Below are positions 63,413-64,000 of a stretch of DNA of 64,000 nt, in pieces. Each line of letters opens with the position of its first letter. Positions within the stretch are counted from its first letter, which is position 1. The notes beneath the pieces are model-generated. The model was not told the DNA's origin. It saw only the letters and a program-made list of their open reading frames with translations, and did no database searches. Origin of the DNA: Callorhinchus milii (Eukaryota); assembly GCF_018977255.1 (NCBI RefSeq), contig NW_024704743.1, positions 42,162,001-42,226,000 on the forward strand, read 5' to 3'. The position numbers and the translations under genes are program-made.

Positions 63413-63738
63413 GGAGTCCTGTGGCTCGGTGGTTAGAGCACTCGCTTTGCAACTGAGAGACCTGAGTTCATTTCCAGGCAGAGGGCGAAACCTTGGGCAA
63501 GTTTCCTTACTCCACACGCCTAACAATAATCCCTCCAAAAAACTAAAAACAATAATAAAATTGGTCATTTTCAATCTACGACTGTTTGTGGGACATTGCT
63601 GTGCGCAATTGGCTGCCGCGTTTGCCCACATATATGCAGTCAATTCACTTTATAGTGTATTCTGTGAAGCGCTTTGGGACGTCCTCCCGACGTGAAAAGC
63701 GCTATATCAAATGCAAGGATTATTATTATTATTATTAT
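63413..63738 (+). mobile_element. Young tRNA-SINE nested in the tail of an older SINE (63343-63412 and 63739-63782)
   Basis: Near-identical to the 39753 copy; the older tail GAGACATCTC..|..CTCGAAGATGGGATAAGATGCTATATCAATTGCAAGG resumes after the insert. Confidence 0.92.
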
Positions 63739-64000
63739 CTCGAAGATGGGATAAGATGCTATATCAATTGCAAGGATTATTTTTTATCTGAAAGTAGCAA
63801 TTGCTGAAATTAAAGAATTATTAATTTAAAGGAATGGATTCCTATTTCTACCTGCTGTCTAATCTGTTATGATATTTTGTGGACTCTAACCTGTAACATG
63901 TTAATCCCAAACTAATGAGTCATATATAAGAATTAATGTTAAAAATTTCAGAAAATATAGTATTTGGGTAGTATAACACTACTATGAACCTCATCTGTTA

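Overview
Eukaryotic, repeat-rich, essentially non-coding vertebrate DNA, most likely from a cartilaginous fish (inferred from the L2/CR1 LINEs, Deu-domain SINEs and tRNA-SINE present). I cannot identify any intact host protein-coding gene, RNA gene, CRISPR array or prokaryotic system. The longer ORFs in the track are LINE ORF2 fragments (L2, CR1, degraded L1/Tx1) or chance frames through SINEs. The window holds about 12 L2 fragments (two nested L2-in-L2), 2 clear CR1 fragments, about 10 Deu-type SINEs, 9 near-complete copies plus fragments of a tRNA-Ala-headed SINE whose 3' hairpin is shared with the L2, several hairpin/inverted-repeat elements, and probable DIRS-like relics. The most interesting signals are a SINE/L2 3' stem-loop with a compensatory base change and two loop classes, a 256-bp gap-free inverted repeat, SINEs sitting inside hairpins, and a few candidate micro-exons suggesting the window lies within a long intron. 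Coordinates of old elements are approximate (tens of bp), and all alignments were made by eye.
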